From an uncultured virus (IMG/VR IMGVR_UViG_3300021961_000033) (Duplodnaviria; Heunggongvirae; Uroviricota; Caudoviricetes): 64,000 bases of DNA. This document shows positions 9,690-19,726 of this stretch, one piece after another (position 1 is the stretch's first letter; every line of letters starts with the position of its first letter). Where the stretch lies: positions 1 through 64,000 of IMG/VR virus record IMGVR_UViG_3300021961_000033; one strand, written 5' to 3'. Position numbers and translations under genes: made by a program. The notes under the pieces were generated by a model. That model saw nothing but the letters and a program-made list of their open reading frames with translations, ran no database searches and was not told the DNA's origin.

Positions 9690-9764
9690 TAAATAAAAAC
9701 GTCATTACTCAGTAATGACTTAGGCAAAAAACGAAAACTTTAGGCATTTAGGCAAACAAAGGCA
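9690..9764 (+). promoter_or_regulatory. Late-type promoter, hairpin and four AGGCA repeats upstream of the DnaE-like gene
   Basis: TAAATA 9690-9695; gtcattac-tca-gtaatgac 9701-9719; TAGGCA at 9721, 9741, 9749; AAGGCA at 9759 abutting the ATG. Confidence 0.65.
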
Positions 9765-11483
9765 ATGAAATTACCAAAAGACGCGAAGGCTCAATTAGAT
9801 AGGCTACTTGGCAGGTTTGTAAGGCACATACCAGAGGCTCCAGAGTACCACGATAGACTAGTCGAAGAACTTGAGATTATACTCAAACTTCGCTTTACTG
9901 ATTATTTCCTAACAATTTGTGACGTATTAGCTCTGACCGAGGACATTACACATATGACTCGGGGTTCGGCAGGGTCTAGTCTTGTCTGTTATCTTCTAGG
10001 AATAACAGACGTTGATCCCATAAGGTGGCAAATACCGGTTGCACGTTTCTTAAATCCACTGAGGGATGATCTACCAGACGTAGACATAGACTTTCCGCAT
10101 TGGCAACAGGACACTGTCATGCAACGTATCTTTGCAAATTGGCCAGAACGTTCAGCAAGAATCAGTAACTATGTGCTATACAAGGAGCGCAGTGCACGTA
10201 GAGAAGCGGCACGCCGTCTAGGTGCGTCTGGTAGACTTCCTCGCAATTTTCGTTATGAAGATTTAGACATTGACAAGGAAGAGGCCATGAGAATAGAAAG
10301 AAAACTAATAGGCAAAAAACGTAGTATCAGCAAACACTGTGGTGGTGTTCTTGTATTTGAAAGAAAACTACCCAAGAGTTTATTCAACAAAGACAATCAA
10401 ATATTATTAGACAAACGTGAAGTAGAAGATCTAGAGCACCTTAAAATAGACATACTGGCTAACCGTGGACTAAGCCAACTTATAGAAATAGACCCTGACA
10501 CACCACTGGAAGCATATCCAGAACAAGACTTTGAGACAAGTCAACTGCTATGCAGAGGCGATGTAATTGGTGTAACACAAGCGGAGTCCCCTGCAATGCG
10601 CCGCCTATTCCGTGCAATACAACCTCAATCAAAAGCAGACTGTGTATTTGCTACAGCACTTATACGCCCTGTTGCAACCACTGGCAGACAAAAGGCAAGT
10701 TTTTTCCAGGACTGGACAGAGAACAGACTGGAGGACACTATTGTATATGAAGACGATGCTATACGCAAAATAGCCAAACTCATAGGTTGTGACTTGTATG
10801 AAGCAGACATGTACAGACGGGCATTTGCTAAAAAAGATGAAGAGCGTGTAATGGAGTTTATGACTCGCATGGGCGAGCATGATGACAAGGAAGCAATTAT
10901 ACAAGAGTTATATGGGCTGGGCAACTTTGGTTTATGTCGTGCTCATGCTGTAAACCTGGGCAGACTTATCTGGGCACTGGCATATCAAAAAGCACACAAT
11001 CCTATGAAGTTCTGGCAAGCAGCACTCAAACATTGCCAGGGATCATATAAACGCTGGGTGCACAAACAGGAAGCAAAAACAGCAGGCTGGGACCTGCGTG
11101 AACTAGGATACGAAAACGGTGTATGTGAATCTCCCGTAACACAATACAAACGCAATGGCTATTGGTCACAGCCAGAGTTTATGCCCAATATGTTTGTACA
11201 AGAAACCTATCTGGACCGTGTAAACTTTGCAGGACTAGTAGCAAACGGCCGTGTATTCAAGGGGGAGCAAGGAAGATATGTTACATTTGTTACGCTAGGT
11301 GTAGGCAACAGTGAATATGTAGACGTAACTATTAAGAAGCCCTTTGGCTACAGAGACCACGATGTTATTGTAGGATCAGGCAAGATACGAATGACTAACG
11401 GCACACGCTATATTGACTGTTGGGAAGCAAAGGGCTATAGACTAGACAAGTATCTTAATGATACTTGTATGCTAGCCCAGTAG
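9765..11483 (+). CDS. dnaE: Compact family-C DNA polymerase (DnaE/DnaE2-like, no PHP domain)
   Basis: RGSAGSSLVCYLLGITDVDP, RFLNP.R..LPDVDIDF, KHCGG, KIDIL, TQAES, ALIRP, CRAHA and a C-terminal OB-like segment; 572 aa. Confidence 0.88.
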   Translation: MKLPKDAKAQLDRLLGRFVRHIPEAPEYHDRLVEELEIILKLRFTDYFLTICDVLALTEDITHMTRGSAGSSLVCYLLGITDVDPIRWQIPVARFLNPLRDDLPDVDIDFPHWQQDTVMQRIFANWPERSARISNYVLYKERSARREAARRLGASGRLPRNFRYEDLDIDKEEAMRIERKLIGKKRSISKHCGGVLVFERKLPKSLFNKDNQILLDKREVEDLEHLKIDILANRGLSQLIEIDPDTPLEAYPEQDFETSQLLCRGDVIGVTQAESPAMRRLFRAIQPQSKADCVFATALIRPVATTGRQKASFFQDWTENRLEDTIVYEDDAIRKIAKLIGCDLYEADMYRRAFAKKDEERVMEFMTRMGEHDDKEAIIQELYGLGNFGLCRAHAVNLGRLIWALAYQKAHNPMKFWQAALKHCQGSYKRWVHKQEAKTAGWDLRELGYENGVCESPVTQYKRNGYWSQPEFMPNMFVQETYLDRVNFAGLVANGRVFKGEQGRYVTFVTLGVGNSEYVDVTIKKPFGYRDHDVIVGSGKIRMTNGTRYIDCWEAKGYRLDKYLNDTCMLAQ

Positions 11484-12090
11484 TTATTTCATATTCTGCT
11501 TCATCAAATCTTAAAACACCCCATTTGTTAATAGAGCTATTAAACAAAAACTGATTTTTAGATTGCCAATCATTGAATCTTTCAACATTGAGATTTCTCT
11601 CAGTTACAAATTTTCCAGACACTATATCTGAAAACTCAACACATGGATAATCTTTCCATCCTGAGAATTCAATGAATACATTTTTTGCCATTTCTCTAAT
11701 TTTGTCAATGTGTTCTAAGTTATCATCTTCAATCCAATTGGGTTCAACACTATAAAACCACCCGTAGTAATACCTTAACCATCTATATAATTTACTGTCA
11801 CGACCAGTAGTTGTTATAATTAATACTTCTTCAAAGTCATTTAGATTGGGAATAGCACTAGGATGAACATGTGTTCCGTACCATTGGTTAGAGTTTTTAT
11901 ATTTTTTTGAAACTTTATTCCACATGTCAAGGTCTGATATCTTAGTAGATATAGTCGGAGTATCAGTTTGTTTAAAAACATTATGTTCTATATTTGAAAT
12001 TTTATAACTATCAGACCAAGTGTGCTTATGATTTAGTAAATCACAAATTAATCCGCCACCGGTGTTATTACTGAAACAAACTAGCTTCAT
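11455..12090 (-). CDS. Sulfotransferase-like/P-loop hypothetical protein
   Basis: N-terminal FSNNTGGGLI loop, THVH, VEFSDI. Confidence 0.4.
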   Translation of the reverse strand: MKLVCFSNNTGGGLICDLLNHKHTWSDSYKISNIEHNVFKQTDTPTISTKISDLDMWNKVSKKYKNSNQWYGTHVHPSAIPNLNDFEEVLIITTTGRDSKLYRWLRYYYGWFYSVEPNWIEDDNLEHIDKIREMAKNVFIEFSGWKDYPCVEFSDIVSGKFVTERNLNVERFNDWQSKNQFLFNSSINKWGVLRFDEAEYEITTGLAYKYH

Positions 12091-12601
12091 TTATTAAGTC
12101 TTTCCATTGTTGTTCTCTATCCCAGTAATAGGGTTCCCACTTGCCAAATTTTTCTATAGTATAGTATATGTTTGGGCTAATTAAATCAGGAAAGTTTTGC
12201 GTCAACCATCTAGCATGAACCACTGGCTGAGGTTGAGGTTCTTCTCCTCTGTCAGAAAATTGCCTACTCCACTTATCCATTTCTGGCACATGTAGTATGG
12301 TTACATTACGAAAGTTTTTATTTTTTAAATCCGTTAGAAGATTTTGATCCCTGGTATGAAGATTTCTATCTGTCTGTGCTGGCATCCTAACACCAATTAT
12401 TCTACCAAACTCAGGAAGTTGTACTAAAAATCTATCATAAAAGTTATAAGATTTATAAAACAAATCCAGTAGTTCAGGAACGCTAATGCTAACTTCACTA
12501 TAATTAACTACATCAAACCCACTTGCAGCAATCATCTGGGGCCACATAGGAAAAGCATGACCAGCACCGAATCCATCACTAAATGTGTGTATTTTAGTCA
12601 C
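12068..12601 (-). CDS. Degenerate SGNH-like protein
   Basis: TFSDGFGAG..WP...NYS pattern; C-terminal QP instead of HP. Confidence 0.4.
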   Translation of the reverse strand: MTKIHTFSDGFGAGHAFPMWPQMIAASGFDVVNYSEVSISVPELLDLFYKSYNFYDRFLVQLPEFGRIIGVRMPAQTDRNLHTRDQNLLTDLKNKNFRNVTILHVPEMDKWSRQFSDRGEEPQPQPVVHARWLTQNFPDLISPNIYYTIEKFGKWEPYYWDREQQWKDLINEASLFQ

Positions 12602-13991
12602 TTTGCTTTAAACTTGCTAACATGTCTTTAAGTTTACTGCTCTGCACATTTGCTGTAATCTTACTTACTTCAGCATCGCCCTCAGCTTCAGGAGTTTTGT
12701 CTCCGTTCTTTAGTTGCTCGTAGATTGAACTGCTTTGCTTCTTAAAGTTCTGATAGTCTTCATCTTCGCCAAGGTCTCTAATACGCAAACTTTCAATGTC
12801 AAACTCCAGGTCTACCTTTTGGCCAACACCGCTTGAACTTCTAGTTTTCATTAACTGTATCTGATAGCGTCCACGCTCACGCATTGCTCTACTCGTAAAG
12901 ATACCAAACACATTGTCTGCTGTATTAATCTTACTGATACCACCACTAATATGGCTGTGATCAAACTCAATCTCTTCAACTGCACTTCTGTTCAACTGCG
13001 ATGCTGTTACAAAGATTGTGTTAAGTTCTCTAGCCAAGTTGCGTAGTTCTTCACTCACATACTTGTCTTTAACAAACAAATCATTGGGACTTACCTTTGC
13101 ACTAACTGGCATCAACAAGTCCAGATAATCAATAAGCAGGAAGTCAATACGCATGTTCTTTGTAATCTCAAGTTCTTTTAAGTATGCTCTAACATCATTA
13201 ACTGTGCTCTGTGCTGGCAAATATTTAATCTGCAAGTTGCCTGCTTTTTTGCTAACCATCTTGACTTTCATCTCTACTGTGTCAAGATCCTTGAATATCT
13301 CTTTACTGGCAATGTTTGTGAGCATACTATCAATACGCATTGCACTCAGTTCTTCACTAAGTTCCAGTGTCAAATATACACCATTGAGTCCTGCCGTTGC
13401 CCAGTTAACAGCCAAGTTCTGCATAAACAAACTCTTACCACTACCACTACCACCTGCAAAAATGTTCAACTCACCTTTGTTCATGCCACCAAACAATTTG
13501 CGATCCAGCGCAGGCCAACCTGTGCTTACTTGGCCATTGTTGTCTTTTAACTTCATAAGTCTGCTGCGAGGATCTTCAAAATAGTCTGTGCCCATGTCCT
13601 TGGTTAGACTGATCTGCACTGCATCTTTGATTAGTTTTTCTACGGGATCATATGTTCCTTTTTCCAATAAGTCTGCTGCTTTAAGAATAGCACGTTCCAG
13701 TTCCTGCCGTTTAGTAAATGATTCAAACTCTTCCAGGAACCAATCGTTGTGCCCTTCTGCCATCTCTGGAATAGGCTTTGCATCTACCTGCGTTACTGCA
13801 TTTAACTGTTCATATGTAGGCATAGTACTATGCTTAGTAGCATGCTCTTTAATAAACTTTGCTGCATCACGCAAACTACGGTCAAAGTTCTCTGGATTAA
13901 AAATGTTCTGCACTCGCACATAATTCTGTGCATCCTGCATCATCATTTCTAAAAACAGTTTTTGTAAATCTGGTGTGTATTCTCTACTCAT
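12594..13991 (-). CDS. 41: Replicative DNA helicase (T4 gp41/DnaB family)
   Basis: STGWPALD, GGSGSGKS Walker A, LELSE, LIDYLDL, TASQLNR, MKTR. Confidence 0.95.
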   Translation of the reverse strand: MSREYTPDLQKLFLEMMMQDAQNYVRVQNIFNPENFDRSLRDAAKFIKEHATKHSTMPTYEQLNAVTQVDAKPIPEMAEGHNDWFLEEFESFTKRQELERAILKAADLLEKGTYDPVEKLIKDAVQISLTKDMGTDYFEDPRSRLMKLKDNNGQVSTGWPALDRKLFGGMNKGELNIFAGGSGSGKSLFMQNLAVNWATAGLNGVYLTLELSEELSAMRIDSMLTNIASKEIFKDLDTVEMKVKMVSKKAGNLQIKYLPAQSTVNDVRAYLKELEITKNMRIDFLLIDYLDLLMPVSAKVSPNDLFVKDKYVSEELRNLARELNTIFVTASQLNRSAVEEIEFDHSHISGGISKINTADNVFGIFTSRAMRERGRYQIQLMKTRSSSGVGQKVDLEFDIESLRIRDLGEDEDYQNFKKQSSSIYEQLKNGDKTPEAEGDAEVSKITANVQSSKLKDMLASLKQSD

Positions 13992-14817
13992 AAAAATCCT
14001 TTAATGTCTGGGCGTCTGGAAACTCGTTTAATCCATAACACTTTAATTCTATTCCACGTTCTCTTAAATTATACTGGATCATTGCTTCATGTACAATATC
14101 TCCTGTTAATTTTCCTTTACCATTTTTATATTCATTATATCTGTCCCAATCATTCCATATTTTATCTTGTCCCGTAAACCAGTGATTAACATGCTGCTTA
14201 TACATTTCATTATCAGTAATAGTACACCCAATTTGGTTTACTATGCTATCTACTACTGTTGGATAACAACTAAACAGTTCTAATGTATCTATACAAGTAA
14301 ACCCAAGATTGCTAGCAATTTGCCATTGTTCTATCATTTGTGGTACAAACCATTGCATAAAGTTTAGACTTATTGCTTCCCTAATTTCCCATTTATCAAG
14401 ACTACCAGTACTCCATTGAGCAGAATGCTCCAAATTTATAATGTTGTTAGGGTAAGAAGGTACTTTTTGTGTTGTTATTACTGCAAATTCACAACTACGT
14501 TTACATGATGGTCCAAGATAAAATTTTATTCCTGGTTGAATATAAATATGTTCTAAAATTTCCTTACCTTTGAGATCTGACATAGGAATTATAGGTGTAA
14601 AAATATTAACTTTAGCTTTTTTATATTTTGGATTAAATAACTCTTGGGAGGTGTAAGGATGCCATTGTTTGCCACTACCATGCCCTGTAACAAAATCTTT
14701 CCCCTCAACCCAAAAATCATCAACAGGTAATGTTTCCAAACTAGTGCAGTCAGACCGTAAAAGCATTTCTATACTAGTAGCACCGCTTCCAGGCAGAAAC
14801 CCTAGCCAGATATCCAT
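13984..14817 (-). CDS. Sulfotransferase-like/P-loop hypothetical protein
   Basis: FLPGSGATSIE N-terminal loop; inserted between primase and helicase. Confidence 0.4.
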   Translation of the reverse strand: MDIWLGFLPGSGATSIEMLLRSDCTSLETLPVDDFWVEGKDFVTGHGSGKQWHPYTSQELFNPKYKKAKVNIFTPIIPMSDLKGKEILEHIYIQPGIKFYLGPSCKRSCEFAVITTQKVPSYPNNIINLEHSAQWSTGSLDKWEIREAISLNFMQWFVPQMIEQWQIASNLGFTCIDTLELFSCYPTVVDSIVNQIGCTITDNEMYKQHVNHWFTGQDKIWNDWDRYNEYKNGKGKLTGDIVHEAMIQYNLRERGIELKCYGLNEFPDAQTLKDFYE

Positions 14818-15776
14818 TATAACTTTTTCCTCATTAAGTTTATTTTTAGTCTATTGGTTTGTTTTGCATCAATAATGGATTTTAAAGTAAAAAGTTTGCC
14901 ATATCGTACCACTGCGGCATTAATATCTTTTACATCTGGTTCCCATTCAGGAAAACTTACACTCCAGCCATGCTCTAGTGCATCATCTATTAGTGATTGT
15001 CCTGCCCTGTCTCTGTCAGGAACCAGCACAATTTCTCTACCCAACGTGTCTATTATCTGTGCTTGTATGTCATTACACCTGTTAGTTAGTATACTTATAC
15101 CACCAATTACTAGTGCATCCAAAATACCCTCGCACACTATGCTAAACTTTCCATCCTTTAATTGGCGATCTATTCCATAAACATAGTTGGCTTCATAGTT
15201 GTTAAAGTATTTGGGTTTTATATCGTCAGTAACCGCCCTGGCAGTTGACCCTATGACTCGATTGTCCCACGTACAAGGTACAATTATCCGACGATATAAC
15301 CCGCCTGCTCTAGTATTACTCCAGAGCAATTCATCTACTGGCAAGCATCTGCTGACTGCATACTCCTGTAACTCAGCCGGTGCTTCAGTTAATGGTACAC
15401 AATTTTCAGGAAGTTTTCTAACTGGAAACTCTATAGTAAATTCAGGCTCATCTTCCTCTTCAACAACTACAGTTTCCTTGATGCGTAGTGCTTCTACTAC
15501 AAGACGCTGACGCTCATTTTCTTCTACGCCTAACCAGGTTAGCAGTTTACGAAACTTGTAACTAACATGTCTGCCAGGACGCCAGCCAGTTTTAAATCCA
15601 CAGTTAAAGCAGTGATAGGTTATTGCCTCGCCATCTGTTATAGCACCGCCTCTACCACGCTTGTCCAGGCTCTCTCCATTGTGATGACAGCATACAGCAT
15701 TAAACGTATACCAGCCACCTGGACTACGCTTCTGCCTGGGCAGATTATCAATTACTGCTTGCTGTATAGAATTCAT
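14817..15776 (-). CDS. 61: DNA primase (T4 gp61/DnaG-like)
   Basis: Zn ribbon CCHH...HCFNC, TOPRIM EGILDAL, PDRD, KDIN. Confidence 0.9.
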   Translation of the reverse strand: MNSIQQAVIDNLPRQKRSPGGWYTFNAVCCHHNGESLDKRGRGGAITDGEAITYHCFNCGFKTGWRPGRHVSYKFRKLLTWLGVEENERQRLVVEALRIKETVVVEEEDEPEFTIEFPVRKLPENCVPLTEAPAELQEYAVSRCLPVDELLWSNTRAGGLYRRIIVPCTWDNRVIGSTARAVTDDIKPKYFNNYEANYVYGIDRQLKDGKFSIVCEGILDALVIGGISILTNRCNDIQAQIIDTLGREIVLVPDRDRAGQSLIDDALEHGWSVSFPEWEPDVKDINAAVVRYGKLFTLKSIIDAKQTNRLKINLMRKKL

Positions 15777-16336
15777 GTATTAATTATACTAAAAATGTCC
15801 GATTTAATCAAGTGGAAAATTCGTTCATGTCCTAGATCATTAGGATGCAAGTGGTCTGCTATGTATTTGGCTTGTTCATGCATTAAATAATCTACCATTC
15901 CTGGAACACAATCTACATGTAGATATTTTAGGTTATTAAGTTTACAGGTTGTGTCTACAATATGTTTAGGATACCAATCGTTGGTGTTTATAACATAATC
16001 ACATATTTGGTGTGTTATGTAATCTACCACACTTCCAGTTAACGGATCTCCCCGCTTTTTCTGTTGTATATAATTTAAATGTTCCCATCCCTGTGCATGT
16101 TTATTGTACCAACTTGATCTGCTAGGATGGCTCCAGCCAAATATTACTAGGTCTTCACTGTCAATTTTGGTATATAGTTCGCAAAACTTTAATGCTATAC
16201 TTGGATTGCTAGCACTGCTTTCGCTTTGCTGGATAAACTCATATCCAATATGTTCTGCAATCCAGACGCCATATGGCTTTGTTGCTTCTTCACCAAGGCT
16301 TACACTACATCCAAACTGCCAAAGTTTTTTAGACAA
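15773..16336 (-). CDS. SGNH hydrolase-like protein
   Basis: FGCSV, SASN, IFGWS..SR, DHLHPNDLGH. Confidence 0.75.
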   Translation of the reverse strand: MSKKLWQFGCSVSLGEEATKPYGVWIAEHIGYEFIQQSESSASNPSIALKFCELYTKIDSEDLVIFGWSHPSRSSWYNKHAQGWEHLNYIQQKKRGDPLTGSVVDYITHQICDYVINTNDWYPKHIVDTTCKLNNLKYLHVDCVPGMVDYLMHEQAKYIADHLHPNDLGHERIFHLIKSDIFSIINT

Positions 16337-16988
16337 GGTTGTTTCCCGTTATCCAGTCACACATAAATGTTGTCCATTCTTCATGACCACTTTCGTTGGG
16401 ATGATCGCCACTTGCAAAAAAGTTTTTTTCGAAATCAACTTGTTTACTTCTTAAATATTCATCCATACTGGATCCGTCAGCAAGGTATTTGTTATAGCCT
16501 GTTGTCCCATGTTTTCCAAGTGAATTAAACTGTAGTAGATTAACATCGTAAAACTTACACACACTATTAGCAATCAATTTAGCATTATCAGTAAACATAT
16601 CTAAACTTTGACTAGTGTGTCTAGTTACCCATTCCCGACAACTGTCTGTCCAGCCTGTTTTATCGCTGACAAAACCATTGTGTGTCCAGTGATCATCATA
16701 CCAGCTCATTCTTGGTCGCCCAGTCCATCCAATACAAATAGTAATATCTTGTAAATTCTCACGATTTGTTCGAACATATTCAGCAACTTGTTGACCTATT
16801 GCAAAGTTACTATTAGCAGGTTCACCTCGATTATCAAACTCGCACCCTAGTCGTTTAGCAAGTAAGCCTAACCAGGCATGACTTTCTCTATACTTTTTAT
16901 TTGTATGATGTTGATCCCATTCATTTATGTTGGGATCTATTAGTTCGCTTCCATATGTAAAACTACAGCCAAATCCTACTAACTTCAT
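16329..16988 (-). CDS. SGNH hydrolase-like protein
   Basis: FGCSFTYG, ANSN, IGWT..PR, DHPNESGH. Confidence 0.8.
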   Translation of the reverse strand: MKLVGFGCSFTYGSELIDPNINEWDQHHTNKKYRESHAWLGLLAKRLGCEFDNRGEPANSNFAIGQQVAEYVRTNRENLQDITICIGWTGRPRMSWYDDHWTHNGFVSDKTGWTDSCREWVTRHTSQSLDMFTDNAKLIANSVCKFYDVNLLQFNSLGKHGTTGYNKYLADGSSMDEYLRSKQVDFEKNFFASGDHPNESGHEEWTTFMCDWITGNNLV

Positions 16989-17743
16989 GGCCTATACAGC
17001 ACTTTACTAAGTGTTCCAGTTGTTGTACTGCGAACAAATTGTATAGCACTGTAAACACCATTCCAACTAAAAGCAACATTATCTGACTGTGCAGTGTAGG
17101 TTTGAGTTGTAATAGTAGTAAAGTCGTCTGCTGTAAGTCCACTACCTCCTGGACTTAAACTGCCTTTGACTGTTAGTGTGCCTGTAAATGCACTTGAAAA
17201 ATAAACTTGTGCGGTGTGTAACGCATTGTTCGAATTAACATATGGATCAATATAAATGATACTTCCATTATCGCCAGCACCAAAATCTTCTAGAGTACTA
17301 GCAGCAAATGTTGGATAAACGCCTTCTATAAGCTCAAGCACACCACCTGCACCATAGTTGTCATCACTATAACCAATTTGTGTTCTGCCTTCGCCGTTAA
17401 CAACTTTAAAAGCATATGTATAATATTTGCCGTCTAGGTTGTACATGTCAACATCTCTGAGTGTAAACTCTGCTGTACCAGCGGCTGGGTTTATACTTGT
17501 AACACTTCTTTGTAGGAGTGTTTTGTTTGTCTCTTTGTCTATCATAACAAAGGTAACAGTTTTATCAGTTAGGCTGACCTTCTTCTGATCCCTGTTAACA
17601 AAGTTTACTCTAACAGGATTATCGATCCCTCTGTAGACTTTGATGTTTGGTGTGTAAAACATACTCATAACATTTCCCACGGTTACATCAGTTGTGGTAA
17701 CCTTAATATTTTGCTCGTATAAGTAACTGGTAATAGTAGTCAT
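16985..17743 (-). CDS. Virion structural protein (BppU-like beta-sandwich N-terminus)
   Basis: VYRGIDNPVRVNFVNRDQK; Thr/Ser/Gly-rich beta strands; TAAATA at 17752-17757. Confidence 0.55.
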   Translation of the reverse strand: MTTITSYLYEQNIKVTTTDVTVGNVMSMFYTPNIKVYRGIDNPVRVNFVNRDQKKVSLTDKTVTFVMIDKETNKTLLQRSVTSINPAAGTAEFTLRDVDMYNLDGKYYTYAFKVVNGEGRTQIGYSDDNYGAGGVLELIEGVYPTFAASTLEDFGAGDNGSIIYIDPYVNSNNALHTAQVYFSSAFTGTLTVKGSLSPGGSGLTADDFTTITTQTYTAQSDNVAFSWNGVYSAIQFVRSTTTGTLSKVLYRP

Positions 17744-17768
17744 ATCACTACTATTTATAGTTTTTATA

Positions 17769-18143
17769 ATGGCAAGAATCAGCGACGAAATAAAAGAAAA
17801 ATATCCGTTTTTAAGCCTTGTTAGTTATGGTGGTGATGAGTATCTAGGAATAATACAAAATTCCGATGATACTGTTTGTAGCATTTACAATTATGAAGCA
17901 CTAAAGACTGAGGACGATAGACAAGAATTTTTGGAATTAGGTGAAACCTGGTGGTGGGAAAGTAACCAAAAAATTCCTATCAACTTATTTCTAAAAGGTG
18001 ATTGGGCAAAGTTCACTTATAGTTTAATTACTCTTAATATTAAAGATGTAGAAATAATATTTGGACCAAGTGTTAACATACTAGAGATGGCCAAAAGTCG
18101 CAGTAAGCGAAAAAATATTACACTAGTTAAGCGAGTCAAGTAA
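17769..18143 (+). CDS. Conserved hypothetical protein
   Basis: atggcaagaatc... reads on the + strand (the track labels it -); ELGETWWWESN..IPINLFL. Confidence 0.75.
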   Translation: MARISDEIKEKYPFLSLVSYGGDEYLGIIQNSDDTVCSIYNYEALKTEDDRQEFLELGETWWWESNQKIPINLFLKGDWAKFTYSLITLNIKDVEIIFGPSVNILEMAKSRSKRKNITLVKRVK

Positions 18144-18686
18144 ATTCATGTGCACGACTACAAGATGTGCATAACTTACACTGTGTGATTTCTTAAAAAA
18201 GTATTTGTCGTTTTCAGGTCGCTGCCAGACAGTTTTGGCAATTTCCGCCCAGGGTTTGTTACGCAAGTGTGCTTTACCTGGCCGCATCACTGCTAAAAAC
18301 ATAGCCATCCTGGGTATACTGTCTGGCTTCATTTGTTTAATTAAATCATAATGATTACCAATGTGTACAATTTGTTCACAAAACTCCCTATCTTCCCAGA
18401 GTCTATTCCACCGAGGTTCTGTAGTCATTAATTCTACTAAATGTACTTCGTCTCTTACCTGATCATATACGCTTACATTGAGCAAATCTAATTTAAAGTA
18501 ACCCAGTTGTTCCGCTTGCTTGTGATCAAAGGTACTCATACCATCACCTGCACTGGGTATGTCAGTAAAGTATACACCAGTGTTATGCTGCCTGCCAGTC
18601 TCTAATCTTGCAGGTGTATGCTCTATAAACTTTAAAATATCAGATCTATTTTTAAAGTCTATATCAATATCAGGCAAGTCAATCAT
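18123..18686 (-). CDS. Miniature/split family-C DNA polymerase catalytic fragment
   Basis: LPDIDIDF, HNTGVY, FKLDLL, AVMRPG and FKKSHSVSYA in only 187 aa; lacks the upstream RGS segment. Confidence 0.8.
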   Translation of the reverse strand: MIDLPDIDIDFKNRSDILKFIEHTPARLETGRQHNTGVYFTDIPSAGDGMSTFDHKQAEQLGYFKLDLLNVSVYDQVRDEVHLVELMTTEPRWNRLWEDREFCEQIVHIGNHYDLIKQMKPDSIPRMAMFLAVMRPGKAHLRNKPWAEIAKTVWQRPENDKYFFKKSHSVSYAHLVVVHMNLLDSLN

Positions 18687-19726
18687 GTGCTTATATACCT
18701 ATCAATAAAGGGTTTTACGCAACGTTCCACACTTAATAATGGATTATGGAAATTTTCATAATTTAATTCTAACATATTATGTGCTTCAGAACTATCAAAT
18801 ATGCTACTGTTATTAGAAATATATTCACAACATTTACTAATTTTTTCTATTCTAAGGATATGATCTTCGATACTGTCAAAGTCATTCATAGAATCTGGAC
18901 ATAGTTCTATAATGCTCCTTAATCCTACTTCACGCATTACTTCATAACTACCTGCACCTGCAAATATAATCCAGTGTGTTTTTGCTTTTACACATTTCCA
19001 TGTTTTTTCAGTAATAAATATTTCCCAGTTATAAAAGGTAGTTTCTGGATAAACCATACAACGACTTGTAAAATACTCTGGCAAAGGTTCATAACTTAAT
19101 CTGGTTTGACCAAATTTTCCAAAACTTATTATATTCGTACTAATATGATTGGTAGGTGAATTATCTATGTCATATAAATTGTTACAATAATTTGCAAAGA
19201 TATTATCAGCATTATTATAATATCCAGTTAGATTTGTTTTGATTGTTGACTGACTATTGTTAATTACTAAATCCATATATTTGCTAACTTGATCTAAAAA
19301 ATAATGTCGTACACTTCTGTTTTCGCCATTTATAAAAGTTAAATTTTTATCGCGATGTTGTTTTTTAAATAACAAACTAGTAAAATAAAAAGGACTTGTA
19401 TAAAAAATATTGGAAAGATTAGTACTTCCAGCCATACTAATAGTTCTATCAAATAAGGGATGCTTTTTATGCAGATAACTCCCATATAGTAAATCTGCTT
19501 TTTGTTCGTCTACTAGACGTTTTGCTTTTCCTAAGACAGATAAATGCTCATTTCCATTTTCAACAAAGTAATGATCATAGCCAGGGGGATAATCATCTGT
19601 AACATGATCTATTAGATAAAACTTTTTATCTGTATCAATATTGATATTATTTGCTTTTGCATATGCTGATAAAATGTCAAAAAATTGCATTGTAAAGCAA
19701 TCTTCTATAGTACCCGACACAAACAT
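18683..19726 (-). CDS. Glycosyltransferase-like (GT10-type TEK motif) protein
   Basis: PET...ITEKTWK...WIIFAG, final NY; paralogous to 31818..32807. Confidence 0.45.
   Translation of the reverse strand: MFVSGTIEDCFTMQFFDILSAYAKANNINIDTDKKFYLIDHVTDDYPPGYDHYFVENGNEHLSVLGKAKRLVDEQKADLLYGSYLHKKHPLFDRTISMAGSTNLSNIFYTSPFYFTSLLFKKQHRDKNLTFINGENRSVRHYFLDQVSKYMDLVINNSQSTIKTNLTGYYNNADNIFANYCNNLYDIDNSPTNHISTNIISFGKFGQTRLSYEPLPEYFTSRCMVYPETTFYNWEIFITEKTWKCVKAKTHWIIFAGAGSYEVMREVGLRSIIELCPDSMNDFDSIEDHILRIEKISKCCEYISNNSSIFDSSEAHNMLELNYENFHNPLLSVERCVKPFIDRYIST

Noticed and set aside
9721..9764. AGGC repeats as a mini-CRISPR array
   Set aside because: Units are 5-8 nt with short irregular spacers and no cas genes are present; treated as regulatory instead.
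17769..18143. Track labels this ORF as minus strand
   Set aside because: The listed protein MARISDEIK is read directly from atggcaagaatc on the + strand.
9765..18686. The two DnaE-like ORFs as halves of one split gene
   Set aside because: Both contain the same PDxDID, KxDxL and RP motifs, so they are redundant rather than complementary.
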